64,000 bases of DNA from Phoronis australis. Taxonomy: Eukaryota > Animalia > Phoronida. The position numbers were made by a program, and so were the translations under genes. The stretch is from NCBI GenBank assembly GCA_002633005.1, contig NMRA01000308.1, forward strand, positions 1 to 64,000, read 5' to 3'. Shown piece by piece: positions 1 to 12,599 of the stretch; within the stretch, counting starts at the first letter, position 1; each line of letters begins with the position of its first letter. A model generated the notes under the pieces. The model had not been told where the DNA came from and ran no database searches. It saw nothing but the letters and a program-made list of their open reading frames with translations.

Positions 1-1101
1 ACTTGTGAAAAATATCTCCTCATGGTGTCCTACATCTGCCACTGGGTCCCTCGCCATATGATTTTTCTGGGCATAATTTTTCAATGATGAAATTTTCTTT
101 CTAGCCTTTGTTCTGGATCAATATCTCTCCAAGACTGGTGCTTACGTTGACTTGATTTGGCACCAATTTTCTTGTTCTCGACTATCACATTGGCTTTTCT
201 CTCATCAGTTATGGTAGGAAACATTTTCCCTCGTGAGTAAAGCTTTTAGCCCTTTTTCGCAAATGTGTGCCATTTTGTACTCGCGTGATCAAGGTTTCAT
301 TGAAACACTTCAATAGCTTGTTTGTTGGGTTAATCCGAATCAACACAGTGGGATGGCTTGGATACTTTAAACATGGTTTTACTAAACCCGCTTTATGGCC
401 TAACAAAACCAGGCTTTCAGACCTGTAAACCATGTTGGTGAAATGCAAGTTATGTCTAAAATTAGACCAGGTTTAGGAAGACCAGGTTTAAGTCTTAAAC
501 GCAAGGGCCATGCCCCCCCCCTAAAATTCTCCCAGATGCCATTTGGCCGTTCGGGGTGCGAATTGCTGACTAGCATATCCGCGCACCCAGGGGGGCGAAT
601 GCACAATGCATAGGCCTTGAACAAATCCCGTTTACCGTTTATTGTTTTTTTTTAGTAATAAGGTTCACAAACACCAAAAATTCGAGACCCCTGTATCCCT
701 ACATTTTAGGCTGGGCGTGCGCATGTAGCGAAATTCTGGTTATTCCTGTGCCCTGCCCCCAACTCAAAATCCTGGATCTGCCCCTGGTCTATACGTATAA
801 TTATCCGCTGTGCGCTTGCTCAGTTACAACGAAGAGGCTGGTTAATTGTTTTCGCGCTGTATTTGCCGCATGGTAAATGGTCTGTAGTGTGGACGTTCGG
901 CTGACTGGGAGGAAGTTGTTCTAAAGCAAGTTGTTCAAAGGTGGTCGTAGTGACGGACACTGCTAAACGTATCGTGCGACTGGTCCTTCAGACAAGTCGC
1001 ATCTCGCTTTACTTGGATACAGTTTCTCGGTCCATTTGGATCCGACGTATGCTAGTCTTCTGAGATTGGTTTTGGTAGCCAGGATTTCAACAGTTTGCGC
1101 C

Positions 1102-2064
1102 ATGAACACATTGACAGCGTTTACTGCTGTACTACTGCTTGGAATTTTTGGAACGTACATTCTTTATTACAGCTACAACTGGATTTTCGTGAGTTCTCGC
1201 CTCAAACAACCACACGGAGTGCGGACGTTAAAGTTTAACAAGTGGTTGATCGACAAGATGTCGTGTTTTAAAATGATTTCTGAAAATGGAACTTGGTCGA
1301 ATAATAGGTGGCTGCCCAGCGGCAAATGCCATGTAGTCAAGTATAGCAAAAAGGACGTTAAGAGATGCTTTACTGCTAGAGCAAAATTCAAAGGATTTAC
1401 TCACATTGCCTTTGTTGGCGATTCACGGATCCGTGATACATTGTTCCAAATGATGCTCTATTTCGATAAATTCCCTGTGAAGGGACACAATGATTACAAT
1501 TTTATGTTTCCGCAGTTTTCGCTGAGAATTCAATCCCGCTTCAACACTTACATGGACAGAAACCACGCTAAGCTATACGAACAATGGGCAAGTCAAAATT
1601 GTAGTCTGTCAGGACGCCCCGACCTTGTGATCGACGGGGTTGCTGGATGGATGATAAAATTTTGGAAAGGACAAACTTTGGATAAGTACAAGTCATTCTT
1701 CACATCTCGTTTTATGAAAGCTCTAAAAACGTTTGTATCGGATAGAAAATCCTTCTATATTTGGAGATTGCAAGAACCCAATAACAGACCATTAGAGAAA
1801 CGATGGGTCGAAAATGAAAATGAGATTCTCGTTCAATACAACAAATTCACCCAAAAGACGTTAAGTGGTTTGAATGATAACATTTTAGTATGGTCCAGCA
1901 ACAGAGGAATTGCCGAGCACTTTATTAATGACAGAACCTTCTTCCGCGATGGTCTTCATTACCAGTCGCCTTCTCCTGTACAAGACCTCTATGTGCAACA
2001 ATTGTTTAATATTTATTGTAACAAGTACATGAATTTTACCAACAGCTCACGTAACTGTTGTTGA
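1102..2064 (+). CDS. Intronless CASD1-like SGNH/PC-esterase-fold protein (type II anchor plus catalytic domain only, 320 aa); putative O-acetyltransferase or esterase
   Basis: ATG at 1102 in GCGCCATG context; hydrophobic N-terminus (LTAFTAVLLLGIFGTYILYY); WLPSGKCHVVKYS, IAFVGDSRIR (GDS serine motif), DGLH (DxxH) and terminal NIYCN...CC resemble the CASD1 luminal domain as I recall it; TGA stop at 2062-2064. Confidence 0.8.
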   Translation: MNTLTAFTAVLLLGIFGTYILYYSYNWIFVSSRLKQPHGVRTLKFNKWLIDKMSCFKMISENGTWSNNRWLPSGKCHVVKYSKKDVKRCFTARAKFKGFTHIAFVGDSRIRDTLFQMMLYFDKFPVKGHNDYNFMFPQFSLRIQSRFNTYMDRNHAKLYEQWASQNCSLSGRPDLVIDGVAGWMIKFWKGQTLDKYKSFFTSRFMKALKTFVSDRKSFYIWRLQEPNNRPLEKRWVENENEILVQYNKFTQKTLSGLNDNILVWSSNRGIAEHFINDRTFFRDGLHYQSPSPVQDLYVQQLFNIYCNKYMNFTNSSRNCC

Positions 2065-2396
2065 ATGAGAATTCTGAACCACGATCTTAAATAGACATTG
2101 TTAGCGAGATAAATGACATGGAACCAGCGCGGCAACATTGATTTCGTTCCTTATTCAGATTAAAATTCATTTTCATTGTTGCTCGAGATCTTGAACATTA
2201 ACGAGATGTTATCGGTTTCACGGGCGAAAAACTCGTGTTTGGAATTATTGTTAAATGGGGCAACGGTTGATAGTACCGTCATCGATTGAAGAGATGGGAT
2301 TGGCTGAGCGTGCTGTATGAGATAACTGCGGTCGTAAACCAAAACGCCCGTTTAGCGTACGAGTTTCAAAGTCAGAAAACGCATAAGTAAGGCAAA

Positions 2397-2705
2397 TACG
2401 GTGGCCCAAAGCTGACATTGAAAAAATAATATTCGGAAAAAACCTTCCCTCCACGGAGAAACCTCTTCTCCACGGAGAAAGCTCCTCCGCGGCGGAAAAG
2501 TTTATTTCCTCGGAAAAAGGGAATTAAAATTTTCTCCGCTGCGAAAAGGTTTCCTCCACTGCGAAAAGGTTTTCTCCGCGGTGAAATGTTTTTTCGTGGA
2601 GAATTTTTCTCTGCGGCGGAAAGGTTTTCTCCGCAAAGAAAATTTTTTTTTTGGTAATATTTTTTCAATATCAGCTTCGGGCCACAGAAGCTTTGGGTCA
2701 CCGTA
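2397..2705. mobile_element. MITE-like element with ~17-bp TIRs and internal TTTCTCCGCGG/CGGAGAAA sub-repeats
   Basis: TACGGTGGCCCAAAGCT at 2397 versus AGCTTTGGGTCACCGTA ending 2705; flanks GGCAAA and CGCAAA are a possible imperfect TSD. Explains the spurious 146-aa ORF. Confidence 0.7.
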
Positions 2706-3712
2706 CGCAAACGACCAACATGACTGTTAATAAATTTGAAAGTAAACAGTATCCGTCTTTGTAGTTTTAGAATCGACGCATTATAAGAGAAATTAGCAAA
2801 TTTCTTCAGCATCGTGGATAATTATAAGCTATGAGCATCGCTTAATTTGTGAATCGATTAGGACGGATTTATCAGAGTCTGGCTCAGGCTCGCTTGGGCG
2901 TTGGGGTGACAAAAGCCTATAATGTTATAGGAGTTGTCTCATGGCATGCTGAGAATGAAAAGTTTGTGGTCATTTCACATTAAAAGCCCTACAGATGAGC
3001 ACATACACTTTATCCAGTCTTCTATTGTTGTACACTACTACTCCTACTGAAAAGCAATGTAGGCTGAGAAAAAAGGGGCAAGAGGTACATAAACTAGACC
3101 TTACACCCCAAAACCACCACTTCTGTACCGATGCACGACATGAGCCAACATAAGAATCTGAAAGAAAATTTCGTACAGATTCATAAAACTTGGTACCAAA
3201 CATTTTTTGCAATTCTAGCTTTTGTGCAGTTCGTAGTTAATTTCTCAGTCGCCACTCAGCTAATGCTGACATACAGCAGAGGGCCGACAGTATCTTGAAG
3301 AAAAGTCGAACTAATGGTTTTTATACGAAGACAAGGTATTTTGCTAGACATGCATATGTGAAATATTGTAAATACGGACAATTTTTGTGAATAAGGTTTG
3401 ATATAGCCTTAGCAGAAAGCGATTACCATGTGCAGATAAGCTTGGCACAACATTAAAATAGCTCATGGGTTTCTGATGCTGAGCGTGTTATGTACCATGG
3501 AGAATAATTAGTGCACGCATCTTGTTCTATAAATTACCAGCATCGTGTGAGGAATTACCGACTTCAAGGAAACAACATGGAGGTGTTAATTATGAACGCA
3601 GCGTAGATGGATCAATTTCGCCCGCACAAGTATGTTTATCGAGTCATTGACTTTATTGACTGAGTTGGAGTTAATGGTGGGATTTTTACAACACAATTAA
3701 TGATATTGAAAT

Positions 3713-5395
3713 AGGGCCGTCCCGGATTGCACACGGCGCCATAAGTCTCCTTTGTGTCGGAAATAAGAAAGCGCGTGGGCTCGTTTTAGAAATCAGGCAC
3801 ATTTTCATGTCTCTCATTGATGTCACATCACACATCCACAGGTATTTGTCCTGTTTATCAAACTTTCTCACATCGGAGTTGCAGCCCACAGCACAGCAGT
3901 AATACTTCGTTGGCATTAGAGGACTAGAGAATGACATATAGATGGCGCTGGCTATTCGCATAGGACGAATAGATGACCGAAAAAAACTTGAATCAGACAA
4001 CAACAAATAACACGTGAAGTCCAATGACACGAAAACTTGGCAGCAAATGTGCCTGACGGATGTTTACAGCATTGTGGGTAAATACACAAGGGCGACGCAC
4101 CATAGCACAGGCGCTTGGGTTTATCGCAAATGACGTCACTCAATAATATATATAAGAAAACATAAAGGTTGGACACTTAAACTTTGCCAAGCCGAGGCTC
4201 CCAACTTCAACCGTCCAAAATCCAAATAAAATCTGCGTGCACCTCCCTCAGTCTGGTGTTGCATAAACCTTCGAAGCCTTATCTTTCCTAGATCCCATTA
4301 ACTGTATTCGTGAGAGGTGAATTGGCGATGGAATTTCTAAAACAATCTCAAAACTCTGAATTCAAGGACCTGAAATAGTAAACATGGCGGATTTCAGTTG
4401 TGCTTCAACTTGTACGCCTGTCGTAGGTGAAACTTCGAGTTTGAGCTGGCAACCTATATTTCAAATTCAATAATTGTAATCCAAAACTCAACTAATTGAA
4501 AATGTTAAAGTTAGTATTTTAATGATTATTTGTAACTTTATTCCACTGACGGCTCATTTTAGCCCTTAACTTAGAATTTTATTACATAAACTGGCGTATC
4601 TTGTTTCTCATCTTGACATCAAGCACTTTTTTGATTGAAGCACAACACACACTCGGCCAGAAAACGCAGTCCGTGCAAGTATTACAATGCGCGTGGCCGA
4701 CGAGTTAACTCAATGGTTTTGGCCAAAAAACCTTCATAAGAAATCACAGTACACAAAAAACTTCGCATATCAATACAGTATCAGGATAATTTATATTTGA
4801 CACAAATATGTGAGTAATTACATTTATTTGGCAATAAAGTGCTCTCTGCTTCTCATGATCAAGTAGTCGATGGATTGACGGCGAAAGCCGCGCGAAATTA
4901 GACTTTCGGATTTAGCTCGGGAGCGTCTGTCAAAACCCGGATGTGCGAAGACCGTCTGTCATGACATCACGGAATTAGGTCCTTGAATTTGTGATTTTGG
5001 CATTCTTTTGGCATTTTTGTCGCCAAATTACCACTTGAAGGCAATTTGAAGAGATAGAATGAAAGAAAGTATTCTAAGAGTTGTTCGATGCTAGTTTCGT
5101 GGAGTTCCATGCACATTTGAGTAGAAAATTCTGAGCAAACAGATTTCGAGTGTCCAACCTTTATGTTTTCTTATATATTATGAGTGACGTCATTTGCGAT
5201 AAACCCAAGCGCCTGTGCACCATAGGGAGCTGGAGGGCTATAGCCCCCCAGTTTTTACAGTGCTGCACCGCCTGTGGACATGGGCGGCGCACCATATAGG
5301 GGGCAGGGGGCTATAGCCCCCACTTATTTTAGTATTGTGTCGCCCATGACTCTACAGCGAGATTCGAAAGTCGATGTGTAATGCGGGACGGCCCT
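3713..5395. mobile_element. Non-autonomous DNA transposon (PIF/Harbinger-related, possibly ISL2EU-like) with a THAP-like remnant; contains nested insertions
   Basis: TIR AGGGCCGTCCCGGATTGCACAC versus GTGTAATGCGGGACGGCCCT, flanked by AT on both sides; minus-strand MPTKYYCCAVGCNS (~3875-3916) resembles a THAP domain start. Confidence 0.6.
4106..5217. mobile_element. Non-autonomous TIR transposon with 8-bp TSD (P-like or hAT)
   Basis: ~70-bp TIRs CACAGGCGCTTGGGTTTATCGCAAATGACGTCACTCA... and ...TGAGTGACGTCATTTGCGATAAACCCAAGCGCCTGTG; perfect TSD CACCATAG at 4098-4105 and 5218-5225; further imperfect subterminal IR (~4315-4377 versus ~4975-5033). Confidence 0.9.
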
Positions 5396-5843
5396 ATCAA
5401 ATAGCGGTGTGCTCTAGTGAAGGTCATTATATCCACAGTGACTATGTTGAATAGCAATGAACTTCCTTTGATGTAACGTGCTCAGAAATTTGGTGAATTC
5501 CGCAAGACTTGCCGACGAGTCACAAAAACTCGAAATGCGCTGCTTTTCGTACGCGACTACAGCAAATCACAATTATGCAAAGAAATTTAATTTTTCAGGT
5601 GAACCTCCTCAATTTTTTCGAGTTGGGTTACTTGGGGTTTCACGTTGGCGGTGCCGTTTTCGTTTCGCTTGCGACGTTTGTTTTTTAATTCTTATTTTCT
5701 GATCCTGTCCCAAGGGGGGCTTAAACCCCTTGAATCCCATGTACATCCGCCACTGCAGGGGAGGGGCGTTCTTGATAGCAGTGGCACACCTTTAGGTGTC
5801 CTAATTCAATCTCCCATTATTTCAGCATTACATAATGTCTTAA

Positions 5844-8502
5844 AGGAGCATGCCACCCAAAAACAACCTAATTTGTATCAATTTAGATCGAGTAGTTCTA
5901 CTCCATAACGACACGTTACGGTTGCGTTACCTGACACATGACGGCAGACGGAGGTATTGAAATTATCCAATGACGTCATCGGTTTCACACGCAGTCTGTT
6001 CAGCAGTTCACAACACGGGTTACTGTAGGCAATGACCGTCGACTCTGTTGGCCCGACCCAGAGGCGATGCAGCTCCTATAAGCGCTCCATACGCCGGAAG
6101 CTTTTCGGCGAATTAAGCCTCGCACTGGCTAAAGCATGAAAGTCACGTTGTTATAAATATCTTTTGCGTATAGAGGGACACCTTAGGAGATTGGCGGTGT
6201 GTTTAATTCCTTCCAACTCGAACAAATACTTCCGTTATCGAACTTTTTGTTCGAGCAGTCACTCGTTCAGTTCCCAAAATCGTGAACTCACCATTTTTAT
6301 ACTGAGCACACTCCAATTTTTACCGCGCTCGCTAGGTGATGTGACTTCATGACCTCAATCTTTAAATAGGCCAAAGGTGAGCCATTGCAGTCTTGTCAGT
6401 CAAATGTTCGTTTCCAAAATGCCACCACTTATAACTTATACTTATCTTTAATTGGCGTTACTAGAAACTGGTTGTACTTCAATGAATTATTTTTTGTATT
6501 TGATAAAAATAAATGCTGTTGATATGACATTTAATAGTCTTTGTGCACATATTTGACATTTTAATGTTTAACAATACGGCAAATGCAAGGCTGGTTCCCG
6601 GCAGCACGTACGCAAAGGGCGGGAACTTCAGCTTTCAAAGTTCGCCGGTAGGACCGCAACTTCTGACCATCGGCCTGGTTAAAAGAATCTCTTGGCGTGC
6701 GCCGAGTCAAAATGTTGAGTTCACGATTTTGGGAACTGAAATAGGGACTGCTCGAAGAAAAAGTTTGATAACAGGAGTATTTGTTCGAGTAGGAAGGAAT
6801 TAAACACATCGACAACCTCCTAAGGTGTTCCTCTATGCGCAAAAGGTATTTATAACAACGTGACTTTCATGCTTTAGTAGGTGCGCCGAGGCATAATTCG
6901 CCGAAAAGCTTCCGGCGTACAGAGCGCCTATAGGAGCTGCATCACCTCTGGTTCGGGCCAACAGAGGCGATGGTCATTGCCTAGGGTTACTGGTGTCAGC
7001 TTATCGTTTAAAGTCATCGTTTAACACCAACAAATCATCAAACTTCGATGTAAAACCCTTAAAAATACACCGAGTTCTTATAAAAACGTGTTGTTTTATT
7101 TCGCTCTTACGGATTTATTGGTATTTGGACACACCGTAGCCTACAAAGTTCGGCAGGCCAACTTATAAGGCCCGTAGCAGGAGTTTGGGGTCTGTTCGGA
7201 GATAATTTCGAAGTATTTTCCGTGAGATACAGACAGGAGAACCTAGATCTGTGTTGTTTAGACTTGCAATTTTTTTAGTTCTAAACACAAAGCGCTGGTT
7301 AGCTTGGCCAGTGGCTCGGAGCCTGATCATGCCCGTCGCGGCCGGCCGGATTGACTCGTTATCCCGGCCAGTCAGAGTGTCTCGGAAACTGATCAGACAC
7401 CACGAACATAAACCAGCCAAAGTTCAGTGGAAACTAAACTTCCAGGAAGAAAATACTATACTAGTGAGCTTAAGTAATGTGCACCGGATTATTTTGGTGA
7501 ATTAGCCATGAAACTGCAAATCTATTTACTCGTCGGGGGCCGCGAATTCAGTTCCGCAGTTGGCCACAGCACCGTCAGGGCAGAAATTGTACATTGACAA
7601 TCATTATTTGAGTAATGTAAATGTAAATAAAGATTCCCCTAACACCTGGCCGTGGGATGGAAATCGATCGAGTTGTTTCACAACAGTTTCTGCCAGCAAA
7701 CACGAAATTAGCACGAGCTCACACGGCCTAGGTGTCCCGTCAATTGGTTTTATTGCACCTAAAGCCGGGTAACGCAGTGATTTATTCATTGTTGGCTTTT
7801 CAAATCCTTTGCACTCACGAACACTCCAAAGGCATTACGAATTGCATCTAACGAGACAGACGTTGTTTCAGTTTTATATAAGTATTGGTTAGGGTGAGAA
7901 TAACACATTTTGAAACAGAACGCTTAGTAATAAACGCCAACATGGCAACTCGCAATCCCGACTTTGGACGAGCTTGAGCTCATCAGTCCCGACTTCGCAG
8001 GTGGATCGTTAAGTTTTACAGGCTATCAATTCGAACAGGAATAGTGATGGATAAATACTAGAGAGGCGCCGTGAACAAGCTCAGACAACGGAACGTATGG
8101 AGTTATTTGGTAAGCCGGCGTTCGTCAGGCACTGCTACGTCTGCAGGCCACAGGCACGGAGATGTTTCACGGCCTCATACTTGCAATTTACAGCGTACAT
8201 TTCATTCTTCACTACCATGAGCCACTTCCTAAGTATTTCGGACTTTCGAGGAAGTAAAAAAAAAAACGATATACCCGCTTTCCTCGTAGCTGCTTAGTTC
8301 GGACAAGCGGAAACCATGCACCGCAACATAGCGGCATTCACTCTGCATATGAACCACTGACGTCGCTAGCGTCGTTTCTCACCTTCCTCACAGGTTAACG
8401 CGACACCTCTTGGCAAGGTAAGGTAGACCGTATGCGAAGCGATGTGGATATGGACCGATTAAGACGGCAAAAAAGACTAATTAAATCGGGTGGCATTCTC
8501 CT
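5844..8502. mobile_element. Kolobok-type non-autonomous DNA transposon (TTAA TSD)
   Basis: TTAA|AGGAGCATGCCACCC at 5840-5858 and GGGTGGCATTCTCCT|TTAA at 8488-8506 (14/15 TIR match, AG..CT termini). Confidence 0.75.
6026..6983. mobile_element. Foldback-like non-autonomous transposon with ~270-bp TIRs and 9-bp TSD (MULE- or AcademH-like), nested in the Kolobok-type element
   Basis: 6026-~6298 is an imperfect reverse complement of ~6709-6983 (TAGGCAATGACC...GGTCATTGCCTA); perfect TSD GGGTTACTG at 6017-6025 and 6984-6992. Confidence 0.9.
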
Positions 8503-8613
8503 TTAAGTTTGTTTTAAGAACATGAAGTAATCCAAAAGCCAGAAAAAGACAGATACTGGGAGCAGCATGGTATTGGCATCAGAGTTACAAAACAGACAGA
8601 ACTTCTCAAGGTA

Positions 8614-8619
8614 TTTATT
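8614..8619 (-). promoter_or_regulatory. Candidate polyadenylation signal of NBEA (3' UTR ~1.2 kb)
   Basis: AATAAA on the minus strand downstream of the stop at 9806, followed by a T/GT-rich tract; coincides with the end of the CpG-poor zone. Confidence 0.5.
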
Positions 8620-9805
8620 AGTATTATATACTTGAAAATACATATAACTATATTTCACCATCAACCATAGGAAAAGCTTGATTTATAAATAGCCTGGGTG
8701 TACAAGAGCACTCCCAGTTATAAGGTTAGCAAAGTGAACAATCATTTTATAGGTGTTAACAATCGGGTGGAAAAATTTAATTCTCTCTAAAAAACCAACC
8801 TTTCGCACTTTCTACCATATGTTGAGTTTACATTGCATTTCCCATATCTACAGTTGAAGGGTGACATCCAATGGTGGTAACAGTTTTGTATTGATGACCA
8901 GACACTGAGTCTACCTAGTACTGTGTAAATGTCACAAAACAACATTTGCCCATTGAATGCAATTATTTGCAGCAAGGTTATCACCCATTCAAAAATAGAA
9001 AAAGATAATTTTGGCAATTATTTTTGTGCGATATAAATGAAGATTTACTGTAATCCTTTACTATGAATGCTAAAATATACAAATATGTTAGCTGCACATG
9101 ACACCACATCAGTAGAGCATAATCCACACGCAGCTGTTGTCTCATTGTGTGCAGAACTTTGGTTAGTCTTTCATTGGCTGTGCTCTTTCATCCCACTGTC
9201 ACCAATTTCCAACAAGATGGTTAATTTTTTCCACCACCCACAAAAGCCGCACATAGTGCAGAGGGTGAGGGCTCGATTGCTCATTTCTCACAGGATATGC
9301 CCGAGTGCGTACCCTCAGTACAGTTATGTTTGGAGTGTAAAGAGATGTGTTAACTAGTCACATGAAGCTCGCTATGGTTAGACATGTGGAGGGGGGTAGG
9401 CAGTGTACTGCAGCCATAGCCACACATAAGTTAGGCTCTTCATGTGCTGCGTCATATGGTTAGCACAAAGAGATGCTGGTCACAGCCCTAAAGAGCACAA
9501 AACAGATGACAAACCAATGTTCACCCTACCCTTCCAAACACTGGGATCCAATGGGACCCACCGTCCAAACATTTGGGGTCTATTTGAGGCACCAATTAAC
9601 TAGTTCTTTAGCTTAATTTCATCAAATGATGCACAAACGCTCGGGCCAACACTGTATCAGTAGAGGTAACAATAGTTTTCATTTAACTCAATACATAAAT
9701 TTCTGAACCCAAGTTTAGTAAACTGTAAACACACTTGCAAAAATCAAAAACAACAATTCATAATTGCACCACAATTCTTAAAAATGCATAAACTAATTTT
9801 AGAAC

Positions 9806-9896
9806 TTAGTAGCGGCCCTGAAATTCATGATGCCACTTGTTGAAGTCGATGTTGAACACAACAACACAACCTGTCCCCAGACCAGAGAGCACATAT
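9806..9896 (-). CDS. NBEA: NBEA last coding exon ([29 protein letters not shown])
   Basis: TTTCAG acceptor, 91 nt, TAA stop; characteristic C-terminus. Confidence 0.93.
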
Positions 9897-10695
9897 CTGA
9901 AACAAAAAACATAACAGAATTACCTTAAGCGGGTGCAGCTAGGGGAGAAAATGGGGATAAGACAACACCCCGATACCTGGATATTTTTAGGATGGGCTGA
10001 TATTAAGTACACCCTGCAGTGCAAACGGCTAGAAACCAAGAAAACTGAGTTTGAAAACTACAAAGAGCACTGCTTAGTAAATCTCAGCCAAACCATGGGA
10101 GACAATACACCACTTAACCACCAGACACAGGAAACTTACCACTGAGTTGAGTCCTTACCAGGGAATTCTTACAACATGCAATGAACCCTAATCACACTCA
10201 ATAAATAAAACTGCACTAAAATCATGATTTGTTGGTAGATTGTAAAGACCATACACTGAGGCAGATACTTGCCAGGTAACATATTCAAGATTTCATGTAC
10301 AAGAACAGTATCAACAGTCAATGAAAAGAATTTTGATTGAAATTCATACCCTGATGGCTCCCGAACATACCTCCTTTCATGTCTGACATTTAAAACTCGG
10401 ATCCTGAGTCAGAATCCTCATGAATTATGAGTATATTAAACATCCATGATGGACAGTTTAGAGATCATTGTACTAATCACAATTTGACATTTTTTTTTTT
10501 TAAATGCAAAAACTTGACTAAAGTTTGAGATTTAGTAAAACTGTCTTCCTGCTGTCTGATAAAGTCTTTAACTGTAGTTATCTCCCATGAAAATGCAGAT
10601 TATTAAATGAGTCTGGAATAAGCAAGTGCCCAACTCGTTCATTGGCACGTATGGCAGTGATGGGAGTAACTGGCAAGGAAATAACAAATACCTAC

Positions 10696-10847
10696 TTTTG
10701 ATCGTGTGACAATGCTACAGTACGTATGCTACTGTCGCACGTCGGGAATGTATAAAGAAGGTTAAGGTCATGGCTTCGCCAAACTCCCACAATGCCCTTG
10801 TCGCCACCAGTCACTATGTACTGACCATCACGGCTCATGCAGGCACA
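10696..10847 (-). CDS. NBEA: NBEA exon, WD40 (CACMSRDGQYIVTGGDKG...ALSHDQK)
   Basis: CTCCAG acceptor, GTAGGT donor, 152 nt, phase 0 to 2. Confidence 0.93.
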
Positions 10848-11291
10848 CTGGAGAGAGAAACAAGACATGTAATTTCAAATTAACTTGAGCAGTTTCTGTC
10901 TAGAATGAAAGCCCAAGTCTCGTGTTACATTTTACAACTCTTGCCCAGAAGAACTGTAGAGTGCAACTAAATTATGTGAGAATAGAAGGGAGCTAAAAAT
11001 AAACAGACCTTGATTGGTGGAATTCAAGAAAGGGGTCAGTGGGAATAGAAATAACAAGATCACGTGAAAGGTTACTGGTGGGTGCCTAGTTGATTTACGT
11101 TGTCGCCTGACTAAGATACCACTTGTTGCCCAACATAACATCAGTAGTCCACGCTGAAGCCCGTGGAATATGGATGCAAGTTCGCTAAACATGATCGAGT
11201 CAACTGTTCCAATATTCATTTTAATTTTTTTTCATCTGAATTGTTAATACTTATATACATGTATATTGAATTTATAGTTAATGCTACATAC

Positions 11292-11488
11292 TCTGACATT
11301 GTCATCATGACTTGTGTGCCTCATCAGTTGCCCGTTGAGACTGAAGGTACATAGGTCTCCCTTGTTGTAATTTATGACGATATATCCCTCACGGGTGAGT
11401 AGCACCAATTTAGGCAGGGTGCAGTCTGGGGCGGGGTCGAGTGAGCGCAGCAACTCACCAGATGTCGTGTGGATCAGGCAGACACCAT
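11292..11488 (-). CDS. NBEA: NBEA exon, WD40 (DGVCLIHTTSGELLRSL...HDDNVR)
   Basis: TATCAG acceptor, GTATGT donor, 197 nt, phase 1 to 0. Confidence 0.93.
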
Positions 11489-11860
11489 CTGATAGAAGAA
11501 AGGGAGGAAATGCATGAAACCGATCATCCAGTGAAAAATCACAACATGTTAATACGACAGTTTCACAAAAATATCCAAAACTAAAGAATTAAAAGTTGTA
11601 TGACAATGAAATTGAAAATGAGAGCCATCCTTAATTTCATCTTAATGATATGGTTTTAAAAAACCATGTTATTCAAAAGCTAAACACTGAAAATAGCGTC
11701 CTCAAGTCCAAATTCTTGTTACGAAGATGAAATTGTCAACACTCAAGATGTCAAGGCAGATGTTTGGAAAAGTGACATTACATGCAGACTCAATTTAACT
11801 ACAGCATATGCTGGCTATGATTTAGGTTTCAAGAGTTACAAAATTACAGAGTATACTCAC

Positions 11861-11965
11861 CTTTAGATCCACTGATTACCAGACCCAACTCAGCAGACAT
11901 GGTGACACATGTCACTTCTTCCTGATGACCCGTCAAGGTCACCTTGGGTGTTGGATTCTCCATAC
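11861..11965 (-). CDS. NBEA: NBEA exon, WD40 ([34 protein letters not shown])
   Basis: TCTCAG acceptor, GTGAGT donor, 105 nt. Confidence 0.93.
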
Positions 11966-12278
11966 CTGAGAAACAGAGGGTTGGTTAGAGCAACTAGAGC
12001 ACACAACACAACTGGTGATACTCAAATGCGCTTACCAGTCATACTTGATTTCCAGGATTTAGTTTTTATTTTATGGCTAATTTTTATTTTTTGTCAGGTA
12101 TGCATTCAAAGAGTCATTTACTGAATTATACGCATGTGCACCTTGGTCACAGGCAATTGGCTATCTGTCAAGTAGTCAATGACACTGTGTCAAATTAATC
12201 ACATGTCTGTATTGTGATACACACAGTAATTCTCTCATACACACAAAGTTCTGCGATTTATTGCCCATGGACACTCAC

Positions 12279-12446
12279 TGCCATTGTCGCCGAGTATGGC
12301 AGCATTCTTGTTAACCCATTGCCACAACATGACCGTACAATCCTTGGAGCCAGTCACAAAGAAACAGTCCTGTGCCATGTTGCACTCCGACTTGGCAATA
12401 CACGTAACGATGTCAAAATGGCCGAAAATCACCTGGATTATTTTTG
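12279..12446 (-). CDS. NBEA: NBEA exon, WD40 (KIIQVIFGHFDIVTC...ILGDNG)
   Basis: TTTCAG acceptor, GTGAGT donor, 168 nt. Confidence 0.93.
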
Positions 12447-12516
12447 CTGAAATACAAAAATGATGTTCCTTTACAAACCATATAAGCTGAGGACAGGATG
12501 TGCTTGAGAAGCCTCG

Positions 12517-12599
12517 TAGTAACCTGGCAACAATGTTAGTAACCTGGCAACAGTGTTAGTAACCTGGCAAAAGTGTTAGTAACCTGGCAACAGTGTTAT
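12517..12599. repeat. 20-bp minisatellite, ~4 copies
   Basis: TAGTAACCTGGCAACAGTGT units. Confidence 0.9.

Noticed and set aside
280-790. Possible Harbinger-type and GC-rich MITE fragments
   Set aside because: AAACC/GGTTT-rich motifs suggest repeats, but I could not define paired TIRs or a TSD.
1036-1101. N-terminal extension of the CASD1-like ORF in the ORF track
   Set aside because: Begins at TTG; the first ATG in good context is at 1102, directly before the hydrophobic anchor.
2372-2812. 146-aa basic ORF
   Set aside because: Lies across a MITE with internal repeats.
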